A DNA stretch of 64,000 nt from Candidatus Woesearchaeota archaeon (GTDB lineage Archaea; Nanobdellota; Nanobdellia; Woesearchaeales; JAAOYA01). The DNA lies in NCBI GenBank assembly GCA_018221105.1, contig JAAOYA010000005.1, forward strand, positions 1-64,000, given 5' to 3'. The notes under the pieces were generated by a model. It saw nothing but the letters and a program-made list of their open reading frames with translations. It searched no databases and was not told where the DNA came from. The first letter of the stretch is position 1. Every line of letters starts with the position of its first letter. The position numbers were made by a program, and so were the translations under genes. Shown piece after piece: positions 10,695 through 20,165 of the stretch.

Positions 10695-11894
10695 ATGAGC
10701 CCTTGGACTAAAAAATACCAGCCTGCAAGTACTGCAAAAATCAAAGGCCAACACGTTGCAATAGCAAAACTTGTTGATTTTATTAAAAATTACAAAAAAC
10801 AAAAAAAACGCTCTTTAATATTGCACGGTCCAACAGGCACCGGCAAAACAGCCAGTGTTTATGCAATAGCAACAGAGTTAGACTTAGAACTAATTGAAGT
10901 CAACGCGTCAGATTTCAGAAATGCTGATCAAATAGAGCAAAAACTAGGTAATGCACTAGGACAACAATCACTATTTTTTAAGCAAAAACTCATTCTTGTC
11001 GACGAGATTGATGGTTTGTCAGGAACTAAAGATCGTGGTGGCGCAAAAGCATTAAACCAATTAATCAAAACATCAACTTATCCAATAATTTGCACAGCAA
11101 ACGACGTTTACGAAAAAAAACTCTCGACAATCAGAAAAAGCAGTGAACTAGCACAATTTCACAGTTTACAATATATTACAATCTATAATGAATTAAAAAA
11201 AATAGTAACACAAGAAAACATCACAGTTGATGACACAACACTAAAAAGCCTAGCGCGCAGAGCAGGCGGAGATCTCAGAGGCGCCATTACAGACTTACAA
11301 ACACTAGGCAAAAAAATCACTACAGAAGACCTAGACTATTTAGGCGGCAGAGCACAAGAAGAAAACATCTTGCAAGCACTAGCCAGGATTTTTAAAACCA
11401 GTGATTTGAAAATAGCGCTTGAGGCAATGCAAAATGTTGATATGACACCACAAGAAATAATGTTATGGTTAGAGCACAACATACCGTTAGAATACAAAAA
11501 ACCACAAGACCTAGTAAGAGCGTACGATGCACTATCAAGAGCCGATGTTTTTTTGGGCAGGATTAGACGGTGGCAGCACTGGCGTTTTTGGGTCTACGCA
11601 GGAGCACTACAAACAGGCGGTGTGGCAGTAGCAAAAGACGAAAAACAACAAGGTTTCACAAAATACTCTCCAACAGACAGAATACTAAAAACTTGGATTG
11701 CAAACCAAAAAAACAATAAGAAAAAAATAGTAGCGCAAAAACTTGCAGAGCACACTCACACCAGCACTCGAAGAGCGTTTAAAGACACAGTACCACTATT
11801 AAAAAACATTTTTAAACACGACAAAGCACAAGCAGCGCAAATAGCTAGTTCTCTAGAATTGCAAAATGATGAAATAGAATGGTTAAAGGCATAA
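10695..11894 (+). CDS. rfcL: Replication factor C large subunit
   Basis: PWTKKYQP start, Walker A GPTGTGKT, IEVNASDFR, ILVDEIDG, GDLRGAI, SRADVFLGRI. Confidence 0.93.
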   Translation: MSPWTKKYQPASTAKIKGQHVAIAKLVDFIKNYKKQKKRSLILHGPTGTGKTASVYAIATELDLELIEVNASDFRNADQIEQKLGNALGQQSLFFKQKLILVDEIDGLSGTKDRGGAKALNQLIKTSTYPIICTANDVYEKKLSTIRKSSELAQFHSLQYITIYNELKKIVTQENITVDDTTLKSLARRAGGDLRGAITDLQTLGKKITTEDLDYLGGRAQEENILQALARIFKTSDLKIALEAMQNVDMTPQEIMLWLEHNIPLEYKKPQDLVRAYDALSRADVFLGRIRRWQHWRFWVYAGALQTGGVAVAKDEKQQGFTKYSPTDRILKTWIANQKNNKKKIVAQKLAEHTHTSTRRAFKDTVPLLKNIFKHDKAQAAQIASSLELQNDEIEWLKA

Positions 11895-12005
11895 TCTTTA
11901 TAAATAACGCCAGTAAAACTTTTGTGATGACCTGTTCAATGAAAGCCAAGAGTGGACTGGGGAACTAAAAGCTTTCTCATAATTTATAATCAATAGGTGA
12001 TAATA

Positions 12006-13571
12006 ATGACACAACAAGATACGAAAAAAGAAGAAGAATTAAAGCATTCAACAGATGAAATGGCAAGTTTTTGCAAACGCAAAGGCTTTGTATACCAAAA
12101 CAGTGAAATTTATGGCGGTTACGCAGGACTATTCGATTACGGACCAGTAGGAGTAGACCTAAAAAATAATTTAAAAAGTGAATTATGGAAGCACTTCGTG
12201 CACGGTCGCGATGACGTTGCAGGAATTGACGGCAGTATAATCACACACCCACAAGTGTGGGTTTCAAGCGGTCACGCAGAAGGCTTTGGCGACATACTAA
12301 TAGATTGCACAAAGTGCAGGGCAAAAATACGCGCTGATCATCACATAACAGACAATTTAGGACTGCAAACTGACGGTATTACAGTAGAGCAAGTTGATGA
12401 AATCGTGAAAAAAGAAAATCTTGTTTGTCCAAATTGTGGTGGCGACTTTTCAAAAGCGCAAAAGTTCTTATTAATGTTCACAACACAAGTTGGAGCAGCA
12501 CAGACAAAGACAAGCACTGCGTTTTTGCGCCCTGAAACTGCACAAGTCATTTTTACAGATTTTAAACTAGTACAAGAAAACGCTAGAATGAAACTGCCAT
12601 TTGGTATTGCACAAACAGGAAAAGCATTCAGAAATGAGATAAGCCCTAGAAATTTCTTGTTTCGAATGCGCGAGTTCGAACAATTCGAAATAGAATATTT
12701 TGTTGACCCAAAAAAAATCGGTGAGTGCCCGTACCACAACGAAGTAAAAGATCGCAAGCTTTTAGTGTGGACTCAAAAAGCACAAAACAGTGGAGCGGAC
12801 CACGAAGAAATGACAATGCAACAATTACTTGACACAAAAGAAGTAAAAAGCCCGTGGCACACGTACTGGTTGATACAATTACGTGATTGGTTTGTAAAAG
12901 TAGGTTGTAAAGCTGAAAACTTCCGCTTAAGAGTACACTTAAAAGAAGAATTAGCGCATTACGCAGCAGCATGTGTCGACATAGAGTACAAATACCCTTT
13001 TGGTTGGGCAGAACTGCACGGCATGGCTGACAGGACAACATATGATTTAGACCAGCACATAAAACATAGCGGCAAAGACCTGGCTTTTTTTGATGAAGAA
13101 ACAAAAACTAAAATAGTAGGGCATGTCATTGAACCATCACAAGGTGTTGACAGAGCATTTTTGACAATAATGTATGACGCGTACAACGATGACAAAGAAC
13201 GCGGCAACATAGTCTTAAAGTTCGACCCAAAACTATCACCAGTGAAAGCAGCAATCTTTCCACTAGTCAATAAAGAAGGACTGCCCGAAATTGCTACAGA
13301 GATTTATAAAGAATTACGACAACGCTATAACGTACAATACGACAGAAGCGGCAGTGTTGGCCGGCGTTACGCCCGCCAGGACGAAATTGGAACTCCGTAT
13401 TGTATAACAGTAGATTTTGACACATTAAAAGATAATGCGGTAACAATCAGGGACCGTGACACAACAACACAACGACGTGTTAAAATCAATGAATTAAAAA
13501 ACATCATTCGAGACCTTATAGAGGGAGATGTAAAATTTGAAAGTGTAGGTGAAAAAATTGCAAATAAGTGA
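12006..13571 (+). CDS. glyS: Glycine--tRNA ligase, alpha2 (archaeal/eukaryotic-type homodimer)
   Basis: EIYGG..FDYGPVG, LRPETAQ, GKAFRNEISPRNFLFRMREFEQ, HVIEPS, GRRYARQDEIGTPYCITVD; ATG 12006 preferred over GTG 11997. Confidence 0.95.
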   Translation: MTQQDTKKEEELKHSTDEMASFCKRKGFVYQNSEIYGGYAGLFDYGPVGVDLKNNLKSELWKHFVHGRDDVAGIDGSIITHPQVWVSSGHAEGFGDILIDCTKCRAKIRADHHITDNLGLQTDGITVEQVDEIVKKENLVCPNCGGDFSKAQKFLLMFTTQVGAAQTKTSTAFLRPETAQVIFTDFKLVQENARMKLPFGIAQTGKAFRNEISPRNFLFRMREFEQFEIEYFVDPKKIGECPYHNEVKDRKLLVWTQKAQNSGADHEEMTMQQLLDTKEVKSPWHTYWLIQLRDWFVKVGCKAENFRLRVHLKEELAHYAAACVDIEYKYPFGWAELHGMADRTTYDLDQHIKHSGKDLAFFDEETKTKIVGHVIEPSQGVDRAFLTIMYDAYNDDKERGNIVLKFDPKLSPVKAAIFPLVNKEGLPEIATEIYKELRQRYNVQYDRSGSVGRRYARQDEIGTPYCITVDFDTLKDNAVTIRDRDTTTQRRVKINELKNIIRDLIEGDVKFESVGEKIANK

Positions 13572-13950
13572 AATAAACGCAGGACAAACAATAACCGAAG
13601 TAACAGTCAACATTGTTGATGTTGCAGAACCAAGAGAATTTCAAAAATTTGGAAAACAAGGAAGAGTTGCAACCGCAACAGTCAAAGACAGTAGTGGTCA
13701 GTGCAAGTTAACACTTTGGAATGAGCAAATTGACCAAGTAAAAGCCGGTGACACTGTAAAAATCACTAATGGTTACGCTCGAGAGTGGCAGTCGGAAGTG
13801 CAAATCACAACTGGCAAAAATGGCACACTTGAAGTTGTTGGCTCAGCAGAAGCAGCAGCACAACCAACAGCTGATGCAGAAACGACTACAGAGGATTCTT
13901 CTAAAGAAGATGAAGAAAAGCTTGATGTAGAAGAAGAAACAATAGAATAA
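13549..13950 (+). CDS. Single OB-fold ssDNA-binding protein (SSB/RPA-like) with acidic tail
   Basis: GRVATATVKDSSGQCKLTLWNEQ..GDTVKITNGY OB-fold pattern; D/E-rich C-terminus. Confidence 0.85.
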   Translation: MKKLQISEINAGQTITEVTVNIVDVAEPREFQKFGKQGRVATATVKDSSGQCKLTLWNEQIDQVKAGDTVKITNGYAREWQSEVQITTGKNGTLEVVGSAEAAAQPTADAETTTEDSSKEDEEKLDVEEETIE

Positions 13951-14039
13951 AACTTTTTTCTTTTTTTAATATTTTTTCAAAAACATTGTGCATTTTTCAA
14001 TAATTTTTTAAATACAGCACTAAAACCAATACTACTTTT

Positions 14040-14137
14040 GGGGCTATAGCTCAGACTGGGAGAGCACTACGCTGAAGAAACCATTCAAAGTGGTTGTTGA
14101 AACGTAGGTGTCCCGGGTTCAAATCCCGGTGGCCCCA
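14040..14137 (+). tRNA. trnF: tRNA-Phe(GAA) with a 24-nt intron at 37/38 (14078-14101)
   Basis: Acceptor GGGGCTA/TGGCCCC, D-arm GCTC..GAGC, anticodon stem CTACG/CGTAG with CT-GAA-G, T-arm CCGGG-TTCAAAT-CCCGG; CCA not encoded. Confidence 0.93.
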
Positions 14138-14317
14138 TTCACACTTTAAGTTCTTTAGACGCTAATAGTCATTCTGGTAAAGAACTTAACCAAAATTGTA
14201 CGTACAAAAACGCTAGTTTACAGCTAAAATTTGATAATTTTGAAGATTAGCTAAAAACTTCTATTTCTAAGCAAAATTTATAAATTAGTTTAATAATTAT
14301 TTAATAAGGGTATAACG

Positions 14318-15040
14318 ATGGAGAGAAAATCCAAAAATAACTCTAAAAGAATTCTATTAACATTACTGATTTTATTTTGGCCTGCAGGCGTGATATATTA
14401 TTTTATAAAAAGAAAAGATATTAAAGAAGTTAAAGAAAAGGTTTGGTTTTTAGACCATCCTTTTTTAACATGGCTTATTGTTATGTTCGCTTTTGGGATG
14501 TTATTATCATCTGTCGATACTCCTACAATTACCAGTAATAGTTCCTCAACAACGAACACAGAACAAGTCCAAATTATTAATGAAAATTTTGCAGAATTCA
14601 AAAACGATTTTTGGAGCATGACAGATTTACAAAGAGAAAAATATTGGGATGAAGTAGATGGAAAATACGTAAAATGGACATTTTATGTTAATAAAGTCGA
14701 TGAAGATATTTGGGGCACACTCGTAGTTTTAGGTTCTGCATCAAAACAAGGAGAATATGACATTGGTAGTGACACTGCTGTGAAATTTACTAATGATCAA
14801 AAAAATAAATTATTACAGTATAGCGAAGGCGATGTAATGACTGTTACTGGTAAACTATCATACTATGGAAATATAATGAAACAAATAGATTTAAGTGATG
14901 CAAAAGTTATGCCTACAGAACAAGTAAAATATGCTAGTGGTGGCGAAAATAGTCAAGAATGTCAAGAATTAAAAGATATGTGCAGTATGGGAATAGATTG
15001 CACTGGTTATCTAATGGCGCAAAATGAAGGATTATGCTAA
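14318..15040 (+). CDS. Membrane-anchored protein with probable extracytoplasmic OB-fold (tRNA_anti-like)
   Basis: Two N-terminal hydrophobic segments, S/T linker, GKYVKWTFYV..LLQYSEGDVMTVTGKL. Confidence 0.55.
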   Translation: MERKSKNNSKRILLTLLILFWPAGVIYYFIKRKDIKEVKEKVWFLDHPFLTWLIVMFAFGMLLSSVDTPTITSNSSSTTNTEQVQIINENFAEFKNDFWSMTDLQREKYWDEVDGKYVKWTFYVNKVDEDIWGTLVVLGSASKQGEYDIGSDTAVKFTNDQKNKLLQYSEGDVMTVTGKLSYYGNIMKQIDLSDAKVMPTEQVKYASGGENSQECQELKDMCSMGIDCTGYLMAQNEGLC

Positions 15041-15072
15041 GAGACTAAAGTATAGAATTTGATTAATTAAAC

Positions 15073-15702
15073 TTATGAAGAAAAAGTTACTTGTTTTTCA
15101 GCAGTTGCTAAAGGTTTTGCACTTATGCCTTTTCTTACAATTATTTTTAATGTATACATGCCACTTGTAAATCCCTCAGTATTACCATTATATATCATAA
15201 CATTAAGATATCCTTTCACTGCATCGTTTGAAGGTACACTAGTTATATAATTACTACCCGATTCATATATTACATCAGTATCTACCGCCACAAGATTTGA
15301 ATTTTTGTATAATTCAATATCGAAAACTAAATCGCTAACACTACTTCCTTCATTAGCAACAGTAATTGTTGGATTATGAAGATATCTGGAAGTATCTGAA
15401 GCACTATTAATAGTTATTAATAAATCAGGATTTGTATTTGTTGATACTTGAGTTTCGATTGATGTTGATGGACATTCAGAAATTGATTCTACAATTATTC
15501 CATTAGCGCATTGATATTTCGTTACTATCTTCTCAATCGTTTTCGTCTCAGTCAGTTCAGGATAAGATAATTGAGAACAGAGTTCGCTTGAGTCAACAAA
15601 TGAACCATCTTGACACTGATATTTAACAGTAGTTGGAATACAACCACTAAATAAAAAAAATGCTATTACTGAAAATGATACAATAATTACTTTTTTATTC
15701 AT
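15073..15702 (-). CDS. Putative lipoprotein with two YQCxxG..C mini-repeats and an Ig-like C-terminal domain
   Basis: Lipobox-like LFSGC; YQCQDGSFVDSSELC and YQCANGIIVESISEC. Confidence 0.6.
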   Translation of the reverse strand: MNKKVIIVSFSVIAFFLFSGCIPTTVKYQCQDGSFVDSSELCSQLSYPELTETKTIEKIVTKYQCANGIIVESISECPSTSIETQVSTNTNPDLLITINSASDTSRYLHNPTITVANEGSSVSDLVFDIELYKNSNLVAVDTDVIYESGSNYITSVPSNDAVKGYLNVMIYNGNTEGFTSGMYTLKIIVRKGISAKPLATAEKQVTFSS

Positions 15703-15785
15703 ATTAATATCAATATTTATTTAATTTATAAATATGTCTAATTAGCGTAGAAAAATTTTTAAAGAATAAAGGAACGTGACATAAC

Positions 15786-16169
15786 ATGACATTTAAAAAA
15801 AGAAAGTTAATTTTTCATAGTATCATCGCATTATTTTTAAGTACTGCTATGATGTCTTTTATATCTGAATCTGTCTTTAATAATCTTGGAGAATTATTGA
15901 CTTTATTTACATTACCGTTTATAATTGGTACTTTTATATTAAAAGATTATAAAGTAGAAGGAAGATTATTTATGGATTCTGCAATGACATTCATATGGGC
16001 ATTTTTATTATTTAAACTCGTAATCATATTTGGTAATTCTCTTCCTTCATGGGTTAATTGGTTACCAGTTATACTATTAAGAATCGGTACAATTTTCTTT
16101 GCATTCGGATTGATTTTATTTCATGAAGATTTAACTAAATGGAAAGATTTTAAAGAAAAATATGAATGA
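15786..16169 (+). CDS. Hypothetical membrane protein
   Basis: ORF with about 4 hydrophobic segments. Confidence 0.6.
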   Translation: MTFKKRKLIFHSIIALFLSTAMMSFISESVFNNLGELLTLFTLPFIIGTFILKDYKVEGRLFMDSAMTFIWAFLLFKLVIIFGNSLPSWVNWLPVILLRIGTIFFAFGLILFHEDLTKWKDFKEKYE

Positions 16170-16584
16170 ATTTTTAAGTTTTAAACCTAACAAAAAACTA
16201 ATTATTGTATTAAAAAGTAACATAATGGTAAAATTTAAATACGTAGAACTTCGTTTTTTAATATATGAATCTTTAAAGAAAATTAGTATGAGCAAAAAAC
16301 AAACCATAAAATTGTTGAAAGAGAAAAGAAATAGGTTAGTTAGTCAATGGTGGGCTGGAATAATATTGGCAGAAATATCATTTTTTGTTCTACTTTATTT
16401 TTACATAATTGATTCTCTTATGCTGTTATTTTTTATAGCGTTCATATTTTTTATCATGGGTCTGTTATCTACTCTTACTAAAACAACACCTTATCAACTA
16501 AAAGAAACAATACATGACGTTGATTTAGAATTGTCAAAGTATTCAGCATATGAAAAAATACCAATTTGGAAATACATCAAATAA
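16162..16584 (+). CDS. Hypothetical membrane protein (true start may be a downstream ATG)
   Basis: ORF with 2 hydrophobic segments. Confidence 0.5.
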   Translation: MNEFLSFKPNKKLIIVLKSNIMVKFKYVELRFLIYESLKKISMSKKQTIKLLKEKRNRLVSQWWAGIILAEISFFVLLYFYIIDSLMLLFFIAFIFFIMGLLSTLTKTTPYQLKETIHDVDLELSKYSAYEKIPIWKYIK

Positions 16585-16596
16585 TGTACGTACACA

Positions 16597-16818
16597 ATGA
16601 AAAGAAACCGTAAGAGAATCAGCTTGACTCTGGATAAGGATTTGTATACTTCTCTAAAGAGAAAGACCCTTAATATTAGTCGATATGTTGAAAAATTATT
16701 GTACAAAGATTTAGCATTAAAAAAAGGAGCTTCAAATCCCGGTGGCCCCATTCTAAAAAATTTTATTATAATCCGCCACAACCAGCAAAAGCGCCTTCTA
16801 AAATTTGTCCTGCAATAA
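16597..16818 (+). CDS. Ribbon-helix-helix (CopG/antitoxin-like) protein reading through attR
   Basis: KRISLTLDKDLY..LNISRYVEKLL RHH pattern; SNPGGPI is encoded by the att repeat. Confidence 0.65.
   Translation: MKRNRKRISLTLDKDLYTSLKRKTLNISRYVEKLLYKDLALKKGASNPGGPILKNFIIIRHNQQKRLLKFVLQ
16731..16753 (+). repeat. attR-like copy of the tRNA-Phe 3' end
   Basis: Identical to 14118-14140. Confidence 0.9.
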
Positions 16819-18958
16819 GATTAAACACTAGCATTACAATAAGCGCTACAAAAGCATAAAATAATGGGCTTCTAATAAGATTTTGTCCGAGCAAAAACCT
16901 TTCGTTTAGGGTATCCGAACCGTTTTCAACACCGTTTGATACTATTGTTAGAATATAAACTATTTGCACAACATAAATTCCCACCATTACTTGAAAGTAA
17001 TACGTTGGAATGCCATCACCAAATAACGTCAAAACATTAGCGCTTGCCCCGCCAGTTCCAGCAAAACACTCAGCGTTTTTAGAAAGTTGTCCCAGAATTG
17101 CTGTTATCATACTAGTAATTCCTATGACAATACCGCTAATGACAGGGGTCATAAAACTGATCTGGCTTTTCATATTACTGATAATGTCTGCTAGCAAATC
17201 TTTTAATCGCTCGTCAACCGTATGAATTTGTTTAATGTAGCGCGATATGTTCATCAATGCTTGCGCTGCAATTTTAGGACCCTTCTTGACACTTTCGACC
17301 AAAACTTTCATACTGCTCTCAATCAAATTACTTGGAAAATAACGTGCAGCCCCATTTTGAGGATCAAAAATCGCTTGCTCGACCCCCATACCCATACGGG
17401 TGATATTACTACTGACTGTTGCAAAAAAGTTTCCACTAATGGTTTCCCCCATCACGTCAGCAACTTTTCCAAAAGCCACTTCAGCAGCCAAACCATCACC
17501 CAAGCGACTGCCAAGCTGAAATAATGCACTAGAAAACTCTGTCTCGAGTTTTTTTGCGTCATTTCGAATCTTGATAACGTTTTTTGAGCGCATACGATAA
17601 TACAATCCAATACTAAGCGCGAAACTTAATGGTACAGCAAGCGAGATAATCGCAGCACCCAAACCATAAGGTCCAATCTTCAAACCATCTAATGATGTTT
17701 TATAACCAATAAATTCAATAGAGCTAAAGTATGAACCAAAAAGTGAGAAGTCTGCAAAGCCAGCTTTAAACAAAATCATCGGCATCAAACCAATAAAGAA
17801 CAGAATTCCTCCAATAGACGCTGCTAAAGTCATTGGTGTTGCTTTGATTACCAAACCAGCAATATTAAAACCTTTTTTTTGATTGTCGCCAGCGCTTACA
17901 AGACTTGCAATATCGGTCTCGCCATAGCCTGTCGGCCTACGAGAAAGTATGCTTTTTGATAGAAAATACACTAGTACTGGCAGTGTAACATTGTAAAGTA
18001 AAACTAGGTGATACCATTTGACTTGTGTCATAAAACTAACTACTAAAGGCAAAATCACAAGTCCTAAAATTGGCAGTATGACACCAAGCATGTGAAGCAT
18101 TGTAATAGGGCTTTTTAGGTCTTGAGCGTAATGGAGCATTTTTTCATAAGTTTCATCAAGTATTACTTCCAATGCTTTGTCCAATAATTCTAGTCTTCTA
18201 TCGTTTGATGATTCAAAAAGACTTGATTCGATTAAGTGTATTGCTTCAATAAATTCTAAGTTGTAATCGCGCCAAGTCTCCAAATAAAAATCCAATGCTT
18301 CTTTGATGCTTTCAAAAACACCGCTTTCAACATCCCACAACAATTTTTTAAAATCAAGTGACAGTGGAGGGCTTAAATGGCTCGATGCAAATTCCATAGC
18401 ACGCTCTAAGTTTGACGTGTGGCGCATGTAAGTAACAATGTAAAAAACTGATAATACCATTTGATTGCTCGCGCGCATTCGCCAACCATTAGCTAAAAAT
18501 TCCGGGATTTTAATAAAAGCTGGAATGAATACCAAGCTTGCAATAACAAAAAAGAACATGAAAAAAAATGAAGGATCACTGCCAGCAATCAAAGGAATCA
18601 TCAGTGATGCGCCAAGGCCAAGAACTAGCATCATCACAGGAAATATTATTGCAAAACTACGAGCTCCTTCAGGGGTAATGTTCAAATGTGTTACATTAAT
18701 GTTTTTTAACAAAGCAATTTTTTGTTCTTCTTTGATTTTTATCTTGAAAATTTTCTCTGACCAATTACAAAGTTTTTCATACAATGAGTAATGTGCAGGC
18801 ATAGCATCATTTTTGAATTGTTTATACTCGCTAGTAAAACCTTTATCTGCTGCTTGCGCTTGCATATCATCAACTTTTAGCGGTTTATCTTCTACGCTTT
18901 TATCCAAGCGCCTTCGATAACGCCCTTTCAACTCCCGTATTTTGTCATCATCAACCAT
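16766..18958 (-). CDS. Type IV pilus/T2SS-F (TadC/ArlJ-like) membrane platform protein
   Basis: Multi-TM 730 aa with two soluble helical domains; downstream of a secretion ATPase. Confidence 0.7.
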   Translation of the reverse strand: MVDDDKIRELKGRYRRRLDKSVEDKPLKVDDMQAQAADKGFTSEYKQFKNDAMPAHYSLYEKLCNWSEKIFKIKIKEEQKIALLKNINVTHLNITPEGARSFAIIFPVMMLVLGLGASLMIPLIAGSDPSFFFMFFFVIASLVFIPAFIKIPEFLANGWRMRASNQMVLSVFYIVTYMRHTSNLERAMEFASSHLSPPLSLDFKKLLWDVESGVFESIKEALDFYLETWRDYNLEFIEAIHLIESSLFESSNDRRLELLDKALEVILDETYEKMLHYAQDLKSPITMLHMLGVILPILGLVILPLVVSFMTQVKWYHLVLLYNVTLPVLVYFLSKSILSRRPTGYGETDIASLVSAGDNQKKGFNIAGLVIKATPMTLAASIGGILFFIGLMPMILFKAGFADFSLFGSYFSSIEFIGYKTSLDGLKIGPYGLGAAIISLAVPLSFALSIGLYYRMRSKNVIKIRNDAKKLETEFSSALFQLGSRLGDGLAAEVAFGKVADVMGETISGNFFATVSSNITRMGMGVEQAIFDPQNGAARYFPSNLIESSMKVLVESVKKGPKIAAQALMNISRYIKQIHTVDERLKDLLADIISNMKSQISFMTPVISGIVIGITSMITAILGQLSKNAECFAGTGGASANVLTLFGDGIPTYYFQVMVGIYVVQIVYILTIVSNGVENGSDTLNERFLLGQNLIRSPLFYAFVALIVMLVFNLIAGQILEGAFAGCGGL

Positions 18959-18962
18959 TTTT

Positions 18963-20129
18963 TTAGTGTAATAATTGCGGCTTTTTTTTAATGAAATGTT
19001 TCACCATCAATGGAAATAATAAAGTGGTTAGTATTGCCATAAAAACAATCGCGCTATAAACTTGAACATCAATAAGATTATTAGTCAATGCTATTTGCGC
19101 TATTATCAACTCTACTGCCCCTCGAGCATTAAGACCCCAACCTAAAAAATGCAATTGGTCAAATGAAAGCTTTGTAAAAGGTTTTACCAAAAAAACCCCG
19201 CCAATTTTTCCAACAATAGCAACAACTGTTATTAAAAAAAACAATAATGGACTCGCCACTATAGCACCAAAATCAAAGTTTAGTCCAACACTTACAAAAA
19301 AGAATGGCACTACGAAACTAAAAGCGATGAGACGCGTGTTTTTTAACAATTTTTTTTCTTCAGCACGCTTTTTTACAGAAAACTTCAATAGCATTCCTCC
19401 AATAAAAGCTCCAATGATAGTTCCAAAACCCAAAAAACTAGTAATCGAAGCAATAAACAATCCAACTATTATTGCAGTGCTGAGAGCACGCATCTCTGAT
19501 GGCTCGTTGTCAAGAGCATGCAATATTGCTGGAACTATTTTGAAAAGCAAGTATGTCATCACTGCAAACAAACTTATTTTTATTGGAAATAATGCTAGTG
19601 CAAAAACGTCATTATGAACAAAAATCAAAATAATTGATAAAATAAAAAGCTCTAAAATATTATCTAATATGCTAGCGCCAACCATTATACTGCCAAGTTT
19701 TGTGTTAAGCTTTTTTAAGTCCATCAAAATCTTTATTGTGATGCCTTCTGCGGTCACCGCTAATGCTCCGCCAACAATAAAAGCCGTAAGATAAGAATAA
19801 CCAAGCACCACCATCAAGCCAAAACCTAGTAGTGCCGGGACCAATGCTGAAAAAATTGCCACTAGCAAACTTTCCTTTTTTGTTTTTGACAAACGCCAAT
19901 AATTAACTTCCATTCCAGCCAGCAAAAGCAAAAAAATTATTCCAAGCTCGGATAACACGTTAAAAGTTGCTGGAGTGCCATTTGCAAACAATAATTTTTT
20001 TATAAATGGAATGCCTATTAGAAATCCGGCAACCAATTGTCCTAAAACACGAGGGTATTGCAAGCGAAAAAATAATTCTCCAAACACGTAAGCTAAAAAC
20101 AATGTTATTGCTATTATCAATAAATCCAT
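18963..20129 (-). CDS. Cation:proton antiporter (CPA2/Kef-type)
   Basis: LSELGIIFLLLLAGME, ILDN, GAFIGG, VPFFFVSVGL, LNARGAVELII; about 12 TM. Confidence 0.9.
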   Translation of the reverse strand: MDLLIIAITLFLAYVFGELFFRLQYPRVLGQLVAGFLIGIPFIKKLLFANGTPATFNVLSELGIIFLLLLAGMEVNYWRLSKTKKESLLVAIFSALVPALLGFGLMVVLGYSYLTAFIVGGALAVTAEGITIKILMDLKKLNTKLGSIMVGASILDNILELFILSIILIFVHNDVFALALFPIKISLFAVMTYLLFKIVPAILHALDNEPSEMRALSTAIIVGLFIASITSFLGFGTIIGAFIGGMLLKFSVKKRAEEKKLLKNTRLIAFSFVVPFFFVSVGLNFDFGAIVASPLLFFLITVVAIVGKIGGVFLVKPFTKLSFDQLHFLGWGLNARGAVELIIAQIALTNNLIDVQVYSAIVFMAILTTLLFPLMVKHFIKKKPQLLH

Positions 20130-20165
20130 ACCTTTACCCCTTTTTTAATGTTTAATTTTGTTTTT

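Larger units (their letters stand above)
14118..16753. mobile_element. Small tRNA-Phe-integrated island (attL 14118-14140, attR 16731-16753), no integrase
   Basis: Perfect 23-bp direct repeat TTCAAATCCCGGTGGCCCCATTC equal to the tRNA 3' end; interior visibly more AT-rich than flanks. Confidence 0.8.

Noticed and set aside
11922..11990. Possible C/D-box sRNA or structured leader before glyS (GTGATGA..ATGA..CTAA; GAAAGC/GCTTTC)
   Set aside because: Only the C box is canonical; D boxes are imperfect and guides short, so it cannot be supported without a model search.
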